Assembly: GCA_050298055.1 (NCBI GenBank)
Contig: JBNKTL010000005.1
Coordinates: 34,149 to 98,148 of the forward strand
Direction: 5' to 3'
DNA from: Spirochaetota bacterium
GTDB taxonomy: Bacteria > Spirochaetota > UBA4802 > UBA5550
DNA: 64,000 bases
Below the pieces are notes generated by a model. It ran no database searches. It saw nothing but the letters and a program-made list of their open reading frames with translations, and was not told the origin of the DNA. The position numbers and the translations under genes were made by a program. Below are positions 1-10,763 of this stretch, piece after piece (position 1 is the stretch's first letter; every line of letters begins with the position of its first letter).

Positions 1-809
1 GTTCCGTGAGCCAGATCAGGAGCGCTGCGGCAAAACTGGCAATCCTTGCAAAGAAACTCGCCGCTCCGGTAATCCTCATAGGGCATATCACCAAAGAGGG
101 GAATATCGCCGGTCCGAAACTCCTTGAGCATATTGTTGATACGGTGATCTATTTCGAGGGTGATTATACAAAGGATTTCAGGATACTCAGGGCGTTTAAA
201 AACAGGTTCGGGTCCGTAAACGAGATCGGGCTTTTCAGAATGACCCCCGGGGGGCTTGAGGAAGTCAAGGAGAAGAACAGGGTCTTTCTCAATCCTTTTC
301 TTTCAAGTTCACCGGGGAATGCCGTATCTGCTGCCATTGAGGGGAGCCGGACCATTCTCTTTGAGGTTCAGTCCCTTGTGACATTTACCGGTTTCCCCAA
401 TCCCCGGAGGATGGCTGACGGTCTTGACCTTAACAGGCTCATCCTTATCACTGCTGTTCTTGAAAAGCACGCGGGACAGAAACTCAACTCCTTTGATGTT
501 TTTTTAAATGTCTCGGGGGGATTCAGGATAAACGATACTGCCGCTGACCTGGCAGTTGCCATGTCCGTGACATCCAGTCTCAGGGAGCAGCCTGTTCCCG
601 ACGGGATAGGGCTCCTGGGCGAGATATCTCTCTCCGGGGAAATACGGCCCGTATCTCAGTGCAACAGGAGGCTCATGGAATTTAAGCATTCCGGTTTCAA
701 TACTGTTTTTATCTCCCACAGCGACATGAAGGACGCGGAAAAATCGGGTTTTAAGGGAAACCTTGTAGGAGTTAAGGATATTGCCGGGGCCATAGACAGG
801 CTTTTTTAA
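1..809 (+). CDS. radA: DNA repair protein RadA/Sms, C-terminal part (5' end lies outside the window)
   Basis: ORF 6..809 translates to the RadA C-terminal region: LIGHITKEGNIAGPKLLEHIVDTVIYFEGD and RILRAFKNRFG motifs plus a Lon-protease-like C-terminal domain. There is no plausible N-terminus in the window. Confidence 0.85.
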   Translation, partial: SVSQIRSAAAKLAILAKKLAAPVILIGHITKEGNIAGPKLLEHIVDTVIYFEGDYTKDFRILRAFKNRFGSVNEIGLFRMTPGGLEEVKEKNRVFLNPFLSSSPGNAVSAAIEGSRTILFEVQSLVTFTGFPNPRRMADGLDLNRLILITAVLEKHAGQKLNSFDVFLNVSGGFRINDTAADLAVAMSVTSSLREQPVPDGIGLLGEISLSGEIRPVSQCNRRLMEFKHSGFNTVFISHSDMKDAEKSGFKGNLVGVKDIAGAIDRLF

Positions 810-882
810 ACCTGGCTAACAGGACCGGTAATTAAGAGATGTGAAGCAAATGTTAAACCTGATTGAAAATGAAAGGAAATAT

Positions 883-1194
883 TTACTCTTTGCAGATCCC
901 GGTCATTTTCATCGTATATCTCTGGAAAATAATAAATTCTCTCATCTCAAGCCGGGAAGTGGTACTTATAATATTTCCGTTGCAGCGTGATTTCAGGATC
1001 TTCAGGGCAGCCTGTTCAAGTTCAAAGCTGTCCGGAGAAGTCAGATGAAGGATACCGCTGGCAGAAGTCTCTGAAGCAACCACTTCACCATCGCCTTTGA
1101 CTGCATTCGTTGAACCTGCACTCTGAATTAAGACACAGCCTGTTAAAAGTATCGGGAGAATCCCCAGAGCAAATAATTGGAAATTTTTTTTCAT
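883..1194 (-). CDS. small putative lipoprotein (hypothetical)
   Basis: 103-aa ORF with a signal peptide and lipobox-like LLTGC. Product recognition is not possible beyond that. Confidence 0.35.
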   Translation of the reverse strand: MKKNFQLFALGILPILLTGCVLIQSAGSTNAVKGDGEVVASETSASGILHLTSPDSFELEQAALKILKSRCNGNIISTTSRLEMREFIIFQRYTMKMTGICKE

Positions 1195-1451
1195 AGAAAA
1201 CCAACCTGATTATATAACGTAATTTTTATGGACTGTTTGTTAATTATTAACAATAAATGATATGAAATGGATGTCAATTTTTTTTTGATGCGAATATTTT
1301 TATTTATTGAGCCAGCCGGATATCATTTAACAGATACTTAAAGAGAAAAAATTCTTGCTATAAATGAATAGGTCATCGATAATGTATATTAATTACATGT
1401 TATGTAACTACTGTAAAGAATAGACATGTTAATAAATAAAATATAATTGAT

Positions 1452-1482
1452 ATGTCCCCTCCGCCTCGGGCGGCGGGGACAT
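1452..1482. repeat. GC-rich intergenic hairpin repeat, family H copy 1 (ATGTCCCCTCCGCC-TCGG-GCGGCGGGGACAT)
   Basis: Near-perfect inverted repeat embedded in AT-rich DNA between divergent genes 883..1194(-) and 1512..2507(+). It is homologous to copies at 10521, 13324 and 15082. Confidence 0.7.
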
Positions 1483-1511
1483 ATTGTTGGTAATATTAGT
1501 ATACTATAAAA

Positions 1512-2507
1512 ATGAAATTTAAAATAAAAGAATATCAGAGCAGGTTCAGTATTAAATTCTCCGAGAGTTACTATGTCTACAGGAAAAAGCTGAGTAAGGC
1601 CTGGGACAGGTTTCTGGAGAAGGGTCATGAGAAAATGACCATAATGTTTATCCCGCACAACGAAAAGAACATATTCAATTTTCAGATATCAAAGTTTATC
1701 ATTTCATTTTTTATCATTCTGTTTTTCGTGGTCATCGCAACATCATCGTACGCGATTATCAAAAACAATGCTGTTAAACGGGAAGAGCAGCGGCTCCTGA
1801 TGACCTACGAGGATATCCGCTCACACCTTCTGAGGTTTGAAAAACTTACAAACAATATTGAAGAACAGATTGATGAACTTAAACCCGATATTGAAGATCT
1901 TTATGAATCTGCGGCAGGAACTGAAATTACCGAAAACCTCTGGACTCTTGCTGACTTTGAGAAAAAGGAACTGAGTGAACTTCTCAAGATGAGGAGCATA
2001 CTCCCCGAGGAGATTTTTACCATAAAGGAGATACAGAAAGACCTCATCTGCTCTACAAACACCATAAAGGCAATCAAGAACTTTATCAACGTAAGGAGTA
2101 AGGTCATCAAAGACACTCCGTCCATTGTCTCGAACCAGGGGCATATTACATCACTGTTCGGATGGCGGAGGTCTCCTTTCGGGCATGGCAGGGATTTTCA
2201 TACGGGCATTGATATTGCGGCGTCTCCGGGTACTCCCATACGGGCCACAGCACCCGGTGTGGTTGTTACCGCGGGCTGGAACGGCGGATACGGTTTCACG
2301 GTAAGGATCAAACACAAATATGGCTTTGAAACGATTTACGGACACTGCAGAAGCATTGATGTACAGATTGATCAGCAGGTCAGGAAGGGCGAGGTGATCG
2401 CGTATGTTGGTCAGACAGGTAACGCTACGGGTAACCACTGTCACTATGAGATCAGGCTTGGTGGAATTCCCATTAATCCCTATCCCTACATGAGCAGAGT
2501 CTGGTAA
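1512..2507 (+). CDS. M23 family metallopeptidase (LytM-like), membrane anchored
   Basis: C-terminal FHTGIDIAA...GYG...HYEIR motifs typical of peptidase M23, plus an N-terminal TM helix. The start could alternatively be the downstream Met at ~1636. Confidence 0.8.
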   Translation: MKFKIKEYQSRFSIKFSESYYVYRKKLSKAWDRFLEKGHEKMTIMFIPHNEKNIFNFQISKFIISFFIILFFVVIATSSYAIIKNNAVKREEQRLLMTYEDIRSHLLRFEKLTNNIEEQIDELKPDIEDLYESAAGTEITENLWTLADFEKKELSELLKMRSILPEEIFTIKEIQKDLICSTNTIKAIKNFINVRSKVIKDTPSIVSNQGHITSLFGWRRSPFGHGRDFHTGIDIAASPGTPIRATAPGVVVTAGWNGGYGFTVRIKHKYGFETIYGHCRSIDVQIDQQVRKGEVIAYVGQTGNATGNHCHYEIRLGGIPINPYPYMSRVW

Positions 2508-2577
2508 TATCCGTCATAAATTAAAATATCATAATATATTATGGCCGCTTATATTCTCATCATTGTGCCGGGTGTAA

Positions 2578-5500
2578 GTGAAAGTTACAGCTTATATAAA
2601 ACTGCTGTTTATCTCAGGATTTGTGTTTACACTGGTTGCCCTCTATTCCGAAGAGAGCGGATTTAAATCAAGCCTCCTTAAATTTATTGAAAAAAACTCT
2701 GTAAAAGATGAGACACTTGCCGGAGACCGGCCTTCTCAAAATGGCGAAAAGAAACCGGGTTCCGGTTTACTGCTTCCCGGTGAGAGTGTTCCCGAGTCTC
2801 TCGATTACAGGGAGAGTGACTGGTCAAATTATGTCATTACTCCCGCATACCGGGTGCAGGGCCTCACGGAAACCCCTCTTATCCTTTATGGGAGCGATGA
2901 TGTAAACGTTCTCACATACGGGTCCATGAAACTGAATCTGACCTACGGAAAGTCGGTATTTACCGATAAAAAGTATAAACAGTTTGACGATGACAAACCG
3001 CATTCAAGGGTCATTGACTCGGGATTTGTTCCCGAACAGGAACTCCAGCTTCATATTGAAGGAAAAACCGGAAGAAGGATGACTCTCTTTATCGATCACG
3101 ACAGCAGAAAAGAAGATAATATCTACAGGATGAATTACCGGGCCCTCAAAGATGATGAGATCATCCGGGACATCAACGCGGGTGAAATAGACATCAAATT
3201 CGACCATTCAAAGTACGCGGTCTATGACAACAACAGCGCCAAAGGGCTTGGATTGGACCTGACGTTGAGAAAGAACAGGCTGCAGGTAAAAACTTTCGGA
3301 AGTATCACTCTGGGAGAAACGGAAGTAGAATACTTCAGGGGAAATTCATCTCCCGGCAGCTTTAAATTGTCCGAATACCAGTATCTGAAGAGATCGTATT
3401 ATCAACTTGAACCATTCAGAAGATATGATAACCTGGGAAGTATACCGACCGGGTCCGCGTCATACACATCTCTGAATGTATTCACCTCGGCGCCCGCGGA
3501 CCCGGCAGGTTACTCTCCCTATTCGGTAAAAATCAATCCTTCCGGCTTTGAGATATACCTGGATGACCAGAACCAGTATAACAACTACAATGCCATCCGG
3601 CTCTCAATTGACAACGGGTACTACACAAAACTTTCATCGGGAGAGGATTACATCATAAACTATACTACTGGTGTCATTACTTTCAAAAACACCCTGCCTG
3701 AGAATTCCCGGGTGCTTGTTGCGTATACTCTGAAAAGCGGGTCAACATCGGACCCGGGTGTTATCGCGCCGGGGGACGCCGCTCATCCCGGGGGAAATTT
3801 TACCGGGAAAAACTGTGTTTTTATCAAGTATGGTTATTCCCTGGATGAAGATTCCGATGAAGACCTTGTTCTCGATGGGGGAGAGGACAGGAATGGTGAC
3901 GGGAAACTGAATCTTGATATCTACGAGATAAGGTCTTTTTACTATCTCGGGGACAAAAATATTCTTCCGGATAATTTTCTGCTGCGGTTTTATAATGAAA
4001 ACCGTGTAATGGAAACGGGTGATGCCGCTCTTCTGGGAAAATACAGCGTGGACTATACTGCGGGTCTCCTGAAGTTTAGATTAAGAGAGCCGTTCAGGCG
4101 GGTCGTGACGTCTCATTATTCCGCGTCCGCCGCGTCAACCATATACTCGGAGAGGCAGACCGGCAGTACGTATCTTGATTCGCACTATTCGGCGCATGTT
4201 GATTACTACCGGGAAGCCAGGAGCTTCAAGTTGAAGCACTCTAATGTTATCCACAACAGCGTAAGTATAAAGATAGACGGGAGCAAAATAAAGGAGTCTC
4301 TCTATTCCGTTGACCAGACTTCTGGCTTCCTTGTCTTTCTCGATCCCAACAACCCTTTGATAACAGGGGAGACTGTCATTGAGGTAAAATATGAGTATCT
4401 TCCCCTGGGATCGGAGAGCCAGTCATTTATCGGGGGTGTGAGGGGAGATTACACGGTAAACAGAAATCTCAACCTGGGAGGAAGTGTCCTCTTTACACGG
4501 TCCGGTTCCAGTGTTACCATTCCGGATATAAACAGCAGCCCCTCACAGACTGTGGTCCTTGAAGGTGATGCCACGCTCCACCTGGGAGAGAAAAAACTTG
4601 CCGACCTGGCCAATATCTTTACGGAGAACAAGAAAAAAAGCGTCCCCCTTGAAATAAATGCGTATGCTGAATACGCCAGGAGTTACAGGAATGTCAATAC
4701 CTTCGGTAAGGGACTTATTGATAACATGGAATCTATTGATGAGATAATCTCTATTTCCCTGTCGGAAAAAGACTGGATCCTCTCCTCAATGCCATCGGGA
4801 TATTCACCGTCTGACAGGGGACTTCTTTATTACTATTTCTACAGGAGACTTTCCAGTCCTGAAAAACTTGAGGGGACTTCATTTTCGGCAACGGCAGTGA
4901 GCTACTCCACAAAGCCGGGCCCTTTTAACGTGGCAACGGGACATGTGGCAAACAGCATTAAAAAGGAAACATCACAGAGGTCCCTGGTCTTTGACTTTGA
5001 CATGTCGGGGGCAGGCAATGTCTCCGTGGCTACGAGGAGGCTCTCAGACACGGCCGTGGATTTTTCTGGTCTTCAGTATGTTGAGATCTGGTACAGGTAC
5101 GAAGGGACAGAGGATATTTCTCTTTCGGTTGATATAGGCAGTATCAACGAAGATTCCGACGGTGACTCGGTCCTCGATACGGAGGATGAAAACGGGAACA
5201 GTTTTCTCGATACCGATCCCGGGGCAGGTTATACGGAGGATACAGGTTACTCTTTCAATGGAAATAATGCAACAATTGTCGGTTCCGGTCCGGGGTTAAA
5301 TTCTGTCACCCGGGGGGATGGGATTCTCAACAGTGAAGACCTGAATGGAAACGGGACCCTTGAGACAGCGGAACAGGTTTACAGTATATCGCCGGTTACC
5401 CTGGCAGGAAACAGCAATGTATGGAAGAAGACAAGGATCTATATTGACCAGACGTCCCTGACCCAGAGTGAGATTGATCTCCTGAAGCAGGTTGAGGCGG

Positions 5501-8268
5501 TAAGGCTGAATATTGCAAACAGTACGGGGGCGTCGGGGAGGGTCTATATTGACAGCATTAAGTTTATCTCGTCGCGGTTCAGGAATGTCCAGATGAACGG
5601 TTCTGCCGCGGGCCCCGCGAATCTGGCCGTGACCCTGGTGAACAGTATAAATGATTCTGACTACAGGGCGGACGCCTTTATCTTTCAGCAGAGTGATGTT
5701 TATACATCCCTCTACGGAGAAAAGAACAGCAGTGAACTCTCCAGGGAGACGGAATCCGCGCTGCAGCTTGAGTATAACATTACATCGGGCACAAATGTAT
5801 CCGTAACCAGGTCTTTCGCGCGTCCCCTGGACCTGAGGCATTACAAGACAATGAATCTCTGGTTTAACTACCGGGAAAGTTCCGGCGGTGAAACAATAGG
5901 AATAATACTGGGCTCGTCTGAGAATGACTATGTGGAATACAGGTTCTCCATGGATTATATGGATGTCTGGAGGGAGGTCAGGCTCCGTCTCAAAGAAGGT
6001 TCGGGAGGGGACGTTAATTCCTCGTCAACAACAGGAGAACCTGATATGAAGAGGATCAGGTATATGAAGGTGGTGATATATGGAAATGCCGGGGACAGCG
6101 GTAAGATATGGCTGAACGACACGTATGTCTCTGAGCCGGAAACATTGAAGAGCAGTGCCCGCTGGTATGAAGGTGAACTGAAAATTAAGAGGCCCCTGTA
6201 TCGGACCGATTCCGGAACACCCATCCTTTCCGATATCAGTATCAAATACATTCACAAAGGGCATGGAGCGCAGTTCAGCACAATCGGAAAGAGCAACACG
6301 GATATTGATGAGAGCCACAACCAGGTTTTCTCATCATTCAGGATACTTCCCAACATGGAGACACGGCTGGACTATACAAGGGAAAAAACAAAAACAGACA
6401 GTTTAAATGAAGACGTCAACGAGGAGAAGAGAGGAGAGTCAATAAAAAACAGCTTTTACTTTATGACGGATTATAAATCATCAACAAGCGGTGTACCCAG
6501 TGTTGTCATATCCTACAAGCATGATAATTACAAGAATGTTATTGAAGAGGATATTACCGGTTATGATATAGACAGAAACAGGGGGAGAGTTGTCCATACG
6601 CCGGTTATTGCTATAACTGAAAATCTCGATAACTTTCTCTTTGGGAAGCTTACCACAAAACTTCTTCTTAACATGATCTTTAAAGAAGAGGATGTGAAGA
6701 GAAGTTCGCAGGATATTGACAGCAGCACGCTGTCCGGTTATGTATCTCTCCGGGAGAAGGAGAAGAGACAGAAATCTGATGCTACACTGTTTGTTACCTA
6801 TACCAGCAGGTATTTTTATATAAAGCCTGAGCTGAACATTAAATCGGAAGAGCTGGTGGATACCGCGGGGAAGGAGAATCTCCCGGACACGGAAATTGTC
6901 AGCGATGTACGGGGAGGATATCATGTTCCCTTTGTTTATAGTGACAGTCTCAGGTTTGTGGAAAGAAACAGGAAAGCTTTATGCGCCATTGGCCTTGTTG
7001 ACGGTTATGTAACCCCTGAATATAAACTCGACCTGAGTTATCTTGAAAACAGGTTCAGGGATTATGATGATTCAGAACTGCAGTCAGCGCAGGAGTACAG
7101 GAGGGCTAAAGACGCGAAGAGCCTTATTATGTCGGAAATATCACTGCCGGTGAACCTGAGAAAAATCAACAGCCTCCAATTTGTTAAGAACCTTAACCTC
7201 TCATATATGCGGAGTATTTACTTTTTTGAAAATGATATACCCTATGAAGGCGAAAGCAAGGGCCCCTTCAATGAAGATTACGGGATAAACAGGTCGCTGT
7301 TCGGTAATCTTGGGACCGGGTTAAACTTATTCAGGTACTATCCCGGATATTTTTTCAGGGGAAGGGATAATTACTCAAAGGGAAGAGACTATGTCTATGG
7401 CAGGGACAACCGGGAGCTTACCTTCCCCTCGGGTGATTCTGTGACTGATTACAACAACCAGCTCCGGCTGATAAACAACTTTTCCCTGAATTTCATGATG
7501 GATTTTAATCTCCTGACATTTGATTCAGGGGCGGGGATCAACCAGGTTAATGAACGGCAGCAGGTGAATGGTATCCCCCAGCAGATCATCACAAGGAACT
7601 TCAATACGGGAATTGACCTGAACCTGATGAAGGTCTTCAGTTTTGGATTTTTCAGGGGCAACAGGCTGGGTATTCCTCACCACTCTGCCAATTTAAAACT
7701 GGGATATACCTACAGCAACAACATGATCATTACATCCAATATTGAAGAGAATACCTATAAGCCGAGTCTCGGTCTGACCTTTAAAAGGGACAGGTCTCTC
7801 ATAGGATTGAAGGCCGGGATTGAAATGAGAAGGAAAAAGAGCAGGGAATTCATATCACCGGACGAGAGTTCCCGGTCAGACAGTGATGATATCTATATTG
7901 ACAATATGCCGGATAATTCCCTGTTAAGCGAGATTGACAACGGTTATAATCTTTCCCTCTTATATGAAACAGATGTGAACTGGCTCTTCAATCTCTTTTC
8001 AGAGATCTACCGGCTTTCTTCTCAGCCGATATTTTCTCTTGAGTATAACCTGGTCCTGAACAGGTATGATTACAGGTCAACCGTTTCCCCTGAACCATAT
8101 GACCTCCATATGATTAAAGGAAAGCTCACACTGGATCTTCATAAAAACATCCAGGGAGGACTCACTTCACGGTGGGCCCTTGAGAGATTCAGGAACAGGG
8201 AAACGGATGGGATAAGCAGGGAGGTTTTTTCCTATGAACTGGGAATGAACTTTACTCTCATTTTTTGA
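2578..8268 (+). CDS. giant (1896 aa) secreted outer-membrane beta-barrel protein with Ca-binding thrombospondin-type-3-like DxDxDG repeats; function unknown
   Basis: GTG start followed by a signal-peptide-like N-terminus. Acidic DSDGDSVLDTEDENGNSFLDTD and DLNGNGTLE repeats lie around nt 5150-5360. The C-terminal ~600 aa has alternating amphipathic strands and ends in ...NFTLIF, the aromatic C-terminus typical of OMP barrels. Confidence 0.65.
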   Translation: MKVTAYIKLLFISGFVFTLVALYSEESGFKSSLLKFIEKNSVKDETLAGDRPSQNGEKKPGSGLLLPGESVPESLDYRESDWSNYVITPAYRVQGLTETPLILYGSDDVNVLTYGSMKLNLTYGKSVFTDKKYKQFDDDKPHSRVIDSGFVPEQELQLHIEGKTGRRMTLFIDHDSRKEDNIYRMNYRALKDDEIIRDINAGEIDIKFDHSKYAVYDNNSAKGLGLDLTLRKNRLQVKTFGSITLGETEVEYFRGNSSPGSFKLSEYQYLKRSYYQLEPFRRYDNLGSIPTGSASYTSLNVFTSAPADPAGYSPYSVKINPSGFEIYLDDQNQYNNYNAIRLSIDNGYYTKLSSGEDYIINYTTGVITFKNTLPENSRVLVAYTLKSGSTSDPGVIAPGDAAHPGGNFTGKNCVFIKYGYSLDEDSDEDLVLDGGEDRNGDGKLNLDIYEIRSFYYLGDKNILPDNFLLRFYNENRVMETGDAALLGKYSVDYTAGLLKFRLREPFRRVVTSHYSASAASTIYSERQTGSTYLDSHYSAHVDYYREARSFKLKHSNVIHNSVSIKIDGSKIKESLYSVDQTSGFLVFLDPNNPLITGETVIEVKYEYLPLGSESQSFIGGVRGDYTVNRNLNLGGSVLFTRSGSSVTIPDINSSPSQTVVLEGDATLHLGEKKLADLANIFTENKKKSVPLEINAYAEYARSYRNVNTFGKGLIDNMESIDEIISISLSEKDWILSSMPSGYSPSDRGLLYYYFYRRLSSPEKLEGTSFSATAVSYSTKPGPFNVATGHVANSIKKETSQRSLVFDFDMSGAGNVSVATRRLSDTAVDFSGLQYVEIWYRYEGTEDISLSVDIGSINEDSDGDSVLDTEDENGNSFLDTDPGAGYTEDTGYSFNGNNATIVGSGPGLNSVTRGDGILNSEDLNGNGTLETAEQVYSISPVTLAGNSNVWKKTRIYIDQTSLTQSEIDLLKQVEAVRLNIANSTGASGRVYIDSIKFISSRFRNVQMNGSAAGPANLAVTLVNSINDSDYRADAFIFQQSDVYTSLYGEKNSSELSRETESALQLEYNITSGTNVSVTRSFARPLDLRHYKTMNLWFNYRESSGGETIGIILGSSENDYVEYRFSMDYMDVWREVRLRLKEGSGGDVNSSSTTGEPDMKRIRYMKVVIYGNAGDSGKIWLNDTYVSEPETLKSSARWYEGELKIKRPLYRTDSGTPILSDISIKYIHKGHGAQFSTIGKSNTDIDESHNQVFSSFRILPNMETRLDYTREKTKTDSLNEDVNEEKRGESIKNSFYFMTDYKSSTSGVPSVVISYKHDNYKNVIEEDITGYDIDRNRGRVVHTPVIAITENLDNFLFGKLTTKLLLNMIFKEEDVKRSSQDIDSSTLSGYVSLREKEKRQKSDATLFVTYTSRYFYIKPELNIKSEELVDTAGKENLPDTEIVSDVRGGYHVPFVYSDSLRFVERNRKALCAIGLVDGYVTPEYKLDLSYLENRFRDYDDSELQSAQEYRRAKDAKSLIMSEISLPVNLRKINSLQFVKNLNLSYMRSIYFFENDIPYEGESKGPFNEDYGINRSLFGNLGTGLNLFRYYPGYFFRGRDNYSKGRDYVYGRDNRELTFPSGDSVTDYNNQLRLINNFSLNFMMDFNLLTFDSGAGINQVNERQQVNGIPQQIITRNFNTGIDLNLMKVFSFGFFRGNRLGIPHHSANLKLGYTYSNNMIITSNIEENTYKPSLGLTFKRDRSLIGLKAGIEMRRKKSREFISPDESSRSDSDDIYIDNMPDNSLLSEIDNGYNLSLLYETDVNWLFNLFSEIYRLSSQPIFSLEYNLVLNRYDYRSTVSPEPYDLHMIKGKLTLDLHKNIQGGLTSRWALERFRNRETDGISREVFSYELGMNFTLIF

Positions 8269-8272
8269 TGTG

Positions 8273-10450
8273 TCATTTTTTAAAAACAGAATTAAGGACT
8301 TCTTCAAGTTCGTCTATCCTGTACGGTTTGGCAATAACTCCCTTAAATCCATGTTCTTTGTAGTTGCCCATAAGTTGATCATTTGAGTATCCGCTGGACA
8401 CAATTGCAGTTACGCCGGGATCATATTTTTTGAGGACCTCGAGGGTCTCCTGTCCGCCCATACCGCCGTGTATTGTCAGGTCCATTATGACCGCGTCGAA
8501 CTTCTTTCCATGTACATCGGCCCTCTTGTACTCAAAAACAGCATCCCTGCCGTCCTTAACGCATTCCACTTCACACCCGAGTTTTTCAAGCATTCGTGAA
8601 CCGACTTTCAGTATCATCTCTTCATCATCCAGGAGAAGTATTCTGCGGTTTATGAGATTAACATCCCCTGTTTCCGGTATCTTTGCGATAATGCCGTCAC
8701 CAACAGCCGGAAGATAGATGGTGAAAACCGTGCCTTCCCCGGCATCTGACTTTACATGGATGAGGCCGTTGTGCTCTTTAATAATTGAGTGTGCAATTGT
8801 AAGTCCAAGTCCCGTACTGTTCTCTTTCTTTGTGAAGTAGGGATCGTATATCCTATCGATAATTTCACTTTTTATTCCCGGTCCGGTGTCGGCTATACTT
8901 ATTTTTACACAGGGTCCTGTAAGTTCCGGCGGAAGCATGCCGGTTTCTGTTTTAAGATTTACCGCTGTTATTGTGAGCACTCCTCTCCGGTCCATAGCCT
9001 GGCATGCGTTGAGGATTATGTTATAAAATGCCCGGTTTATCTGTCCTTCATCGGCAAGCAGAGTATAAATATTATCAGGAATATCAATATTCTTTTCTAT
9101 CATTGTGCCGTTTAATATCAGGTTAACGGATTCATTGATCATTTTCGAAACCGGGATATTTTTTCTTATGGGCTTACCGCCTTTTGAAAACGCAAGAAGC
9201 TGAGTTGTCAGTTCCTTTGCCTTGTTCGATGCGGTCTCCGCTTCGTTGAGGATATCATATATTTCGTGGCTTTTATCAATTCCGGTTATGGCCAGGGAGA
9301 GATTTCCCGTAATGGCTGTGAGAAGGTTGTTAAAGTCGTGGGCAATTCCTCCCGCGAAAACTCCCAGTGCCTCTATCCGGGTCTGCTTAAAGTGTTCCTC
9401 CTCTTTCCTTGCCCGGGTCAGTTCATTCCGTGCTCTTTCCATGGTATTTTCAAGTCTTCCGATGTAGATAAAGAAAAAGAAAAAGACCATGAGTCCCAGT
9501 ACTCCCGAGATTGTAATAAGGAGTAATACGAGGTTCTTTATGGAAGCCATGTCCTCACTGATATCTGCCAGGACAAACAGGTAACCGATGTGACGGTTGC
9601 CCGCATCCATCATGGGAATAAATCCTCCCCGGTAAATCTGCTTTTCATGTTCGATTTCATCCTTGAGAGTGAGAGTCTTCGGTTTTTGAATATTCATTAT
9701 ATGCCGGTAATAGAAATCAAGGTTTTCCGGGATAAAGGTGAGTGTTCTGTCGGTGATTGCGTAATCTTTCAGCAGGTTCCAGCGTCCTTTCCTTCCGGTC
9801 ATGATAAGCCCCTCTTCCCAGAGGTTCTTTTTCAGAAGAGATTTCTTAATGCTGAGTATTGTTTCCACATCCAGGACTTTTTTAATATGGTAAAGAATCT
9901 CTACTATCTCGGCATCCAGTTCAATATATCCTGCAACCTTCCCGCGGAGCAAAAAAGGTTTTACAACCCGCAATGAGTAGGTCCCCAGGGGGCCCAGCTC
10001 TACGCCGTAGCCTGTTTTTTTCAGGATAACGGCATGTTTCAATGTAAACCTGTCAATGATATCACCATGCCTGTTATGGTTGTGGACCCTTAAAAAGCAT
10101 CTTTTGTCGGGATTGATAAAGGAGAGTCCTGTTATTCCAAATTCACTGTTTAATTCCCGGTAGAGGTTTACTGTTTTTTCATACAAAAGCTCCCTCTCTC
10201 CGCTTCTCCACGCGGAAATAATCTCCCTGCTGTTCTCGATTTGCCTGATAAGCCCGTTAAATGAAACAGCCTTCTGGGACAACTTCTCCAGGTAGAGGTT
10301 GTTTGCCTTCTCCAGCAGAGAAGTGATTTTACTATCCAGGTTATCATTTTTTACGTAGTAGAATCCCGCAATGGATGAAATGAGAAGTATCACCAGGGAG
10401 AAAAGAACAGGGAATAATATTTTTGCTTTTATTTTCTGATACCTGTGCAT
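8273..10450 (-). CDS. hybrid sensor histidine kinase / response regulator with periplasmic sensor domain
   Basis: N-terminal TM, periplasmic domain, second TM, HisKA (HDFNNLLTAITGN) and HATPase_c (DTGPGI, GTGLGL) motifs, and a C-terminal receiver domain (LLLDDEE...D...K). The ORF track extends to 10552, but that extension overlaps a hairpin repeat. The internal Met at 10450 (MHRYQKIKAKIL, directly followed by the TM helix) is preferred as start. Confidence 0.8.
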   Translation of the reverse strand: MHRYQKIKAKILFPVLFSLVILLISSIAGFYYVKNDNLDSKITSLLEKANNLYLEKLSQKAVSFNGLIRQIENSREIISAWRSGERELLYEKTVNLYRELNSEFGITGLSFINPDKRCFLRVHNHNRHGDIIDRFTLKHAVILKKTGYGVELGPLGTYSLRVVKPFLLRGKVAGYIELDAEIVEILYHIKKVLDVETILSIKKSLLKKNLWEEGLIMTGRKGRWNLLKDYAITDRTLTFIPENLDFYYRHIMNIQKPKTLTLKDEIEHEKQIYRGGFIPMMDAGNRHIGYLFVLADISEDMASIKNLVLLLITISGVLGLMVFFFFFIYIGRLENTMERARNELTRARKEEEHFKQTRIEALGVFAGGIAHDFNNLLTAITGNLSLAITGIDKSHEIYDILNEAETASNKAKELTTQLLAFSKGGKPIRKNIPVSKMINESVNLILNGTMIEKNIDIPDNIYTLLADEGQINRAFYNIILNACQAMDRRGVLTITAVNLKTETGMLPPELTGPCVKISIADTGPGIKSEIIDRIYDPYFTKKENSTGLGLTIAHSIIKEHNGLIHVKSDAGEGTVFTIYLPAVGDGIIAKIPETGDVNLINRRILLLDDEEMILKVGSRMLEKLGCEVECVKDGRDAVFEYKRADVHGKKFDAVIMDLTIHGGMGGQETLEVLKKYDPGVTAIVSSGYSNDQLMGNYKEHGFKGVIAKPYRIDELEEVLNSVFKK

Positions 10451-10520
10451 ATAAGTATTCTCTTCTTGTTGCTGTTCAGTTATATGATTATAATCAACCT
10501 GTTTACTAAAATACCAAAAA

Positions 10521-10553
10521 TATATCCCTGCCGCCTTGAGTGGCGGTGACATA
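10521..10553. repeat. family H hairpin repeat copy 2 (degenerate: ATATCCCTGCCGCC-TTGAGT-GGCGGTGACATAT)
   Basis: Same GCCGCC/GGCGG core and ATAT..GACATAT flanks as the other copies. It lies in the divergent region upstream of the kinase gene. Confidence 0.5.
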
Positions 10554-10763
10554 TCAGTAATATTTTATTATGAAGATGATTCTTCTTATACTCAGCCTGA
10601 GTAGTTTCCTCTTATGGAATTATTCTGAATTATAGATGCTATTTTCGCAAGTGAATTTTCAGTAAAGAAGTCTGATATTCTCCTTGACATTATCGGGAAA
10701 AGGACTTAGTAAGAAAAATGTGATATTTTCTGATCACCATATCTGAAAGAATGAGGAAAAAAC

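Noticed and set aside
2578-8268. Naming the giant protein SprA/Sov (T9SS translocon)
   Set aside because: Only size, signal peptide and C-terminal barrel support it. I cannot recall diagnostic motifs and the rest of the window looks deltaproteobacterial, where T9SS is not expected. It is kept as an unassigned giant OM barrel.
10451-10552. N-terminal 34-aa extension of the sensor kinase ORF (MSPPLKAAGIYFW...)
   Set aside because: The extension is encoded by the hairpin repeat copy 2 and AT-rich spacer. The internal Met at 10450 is directly followed by the TM helix expected at a kinase N-terminus.
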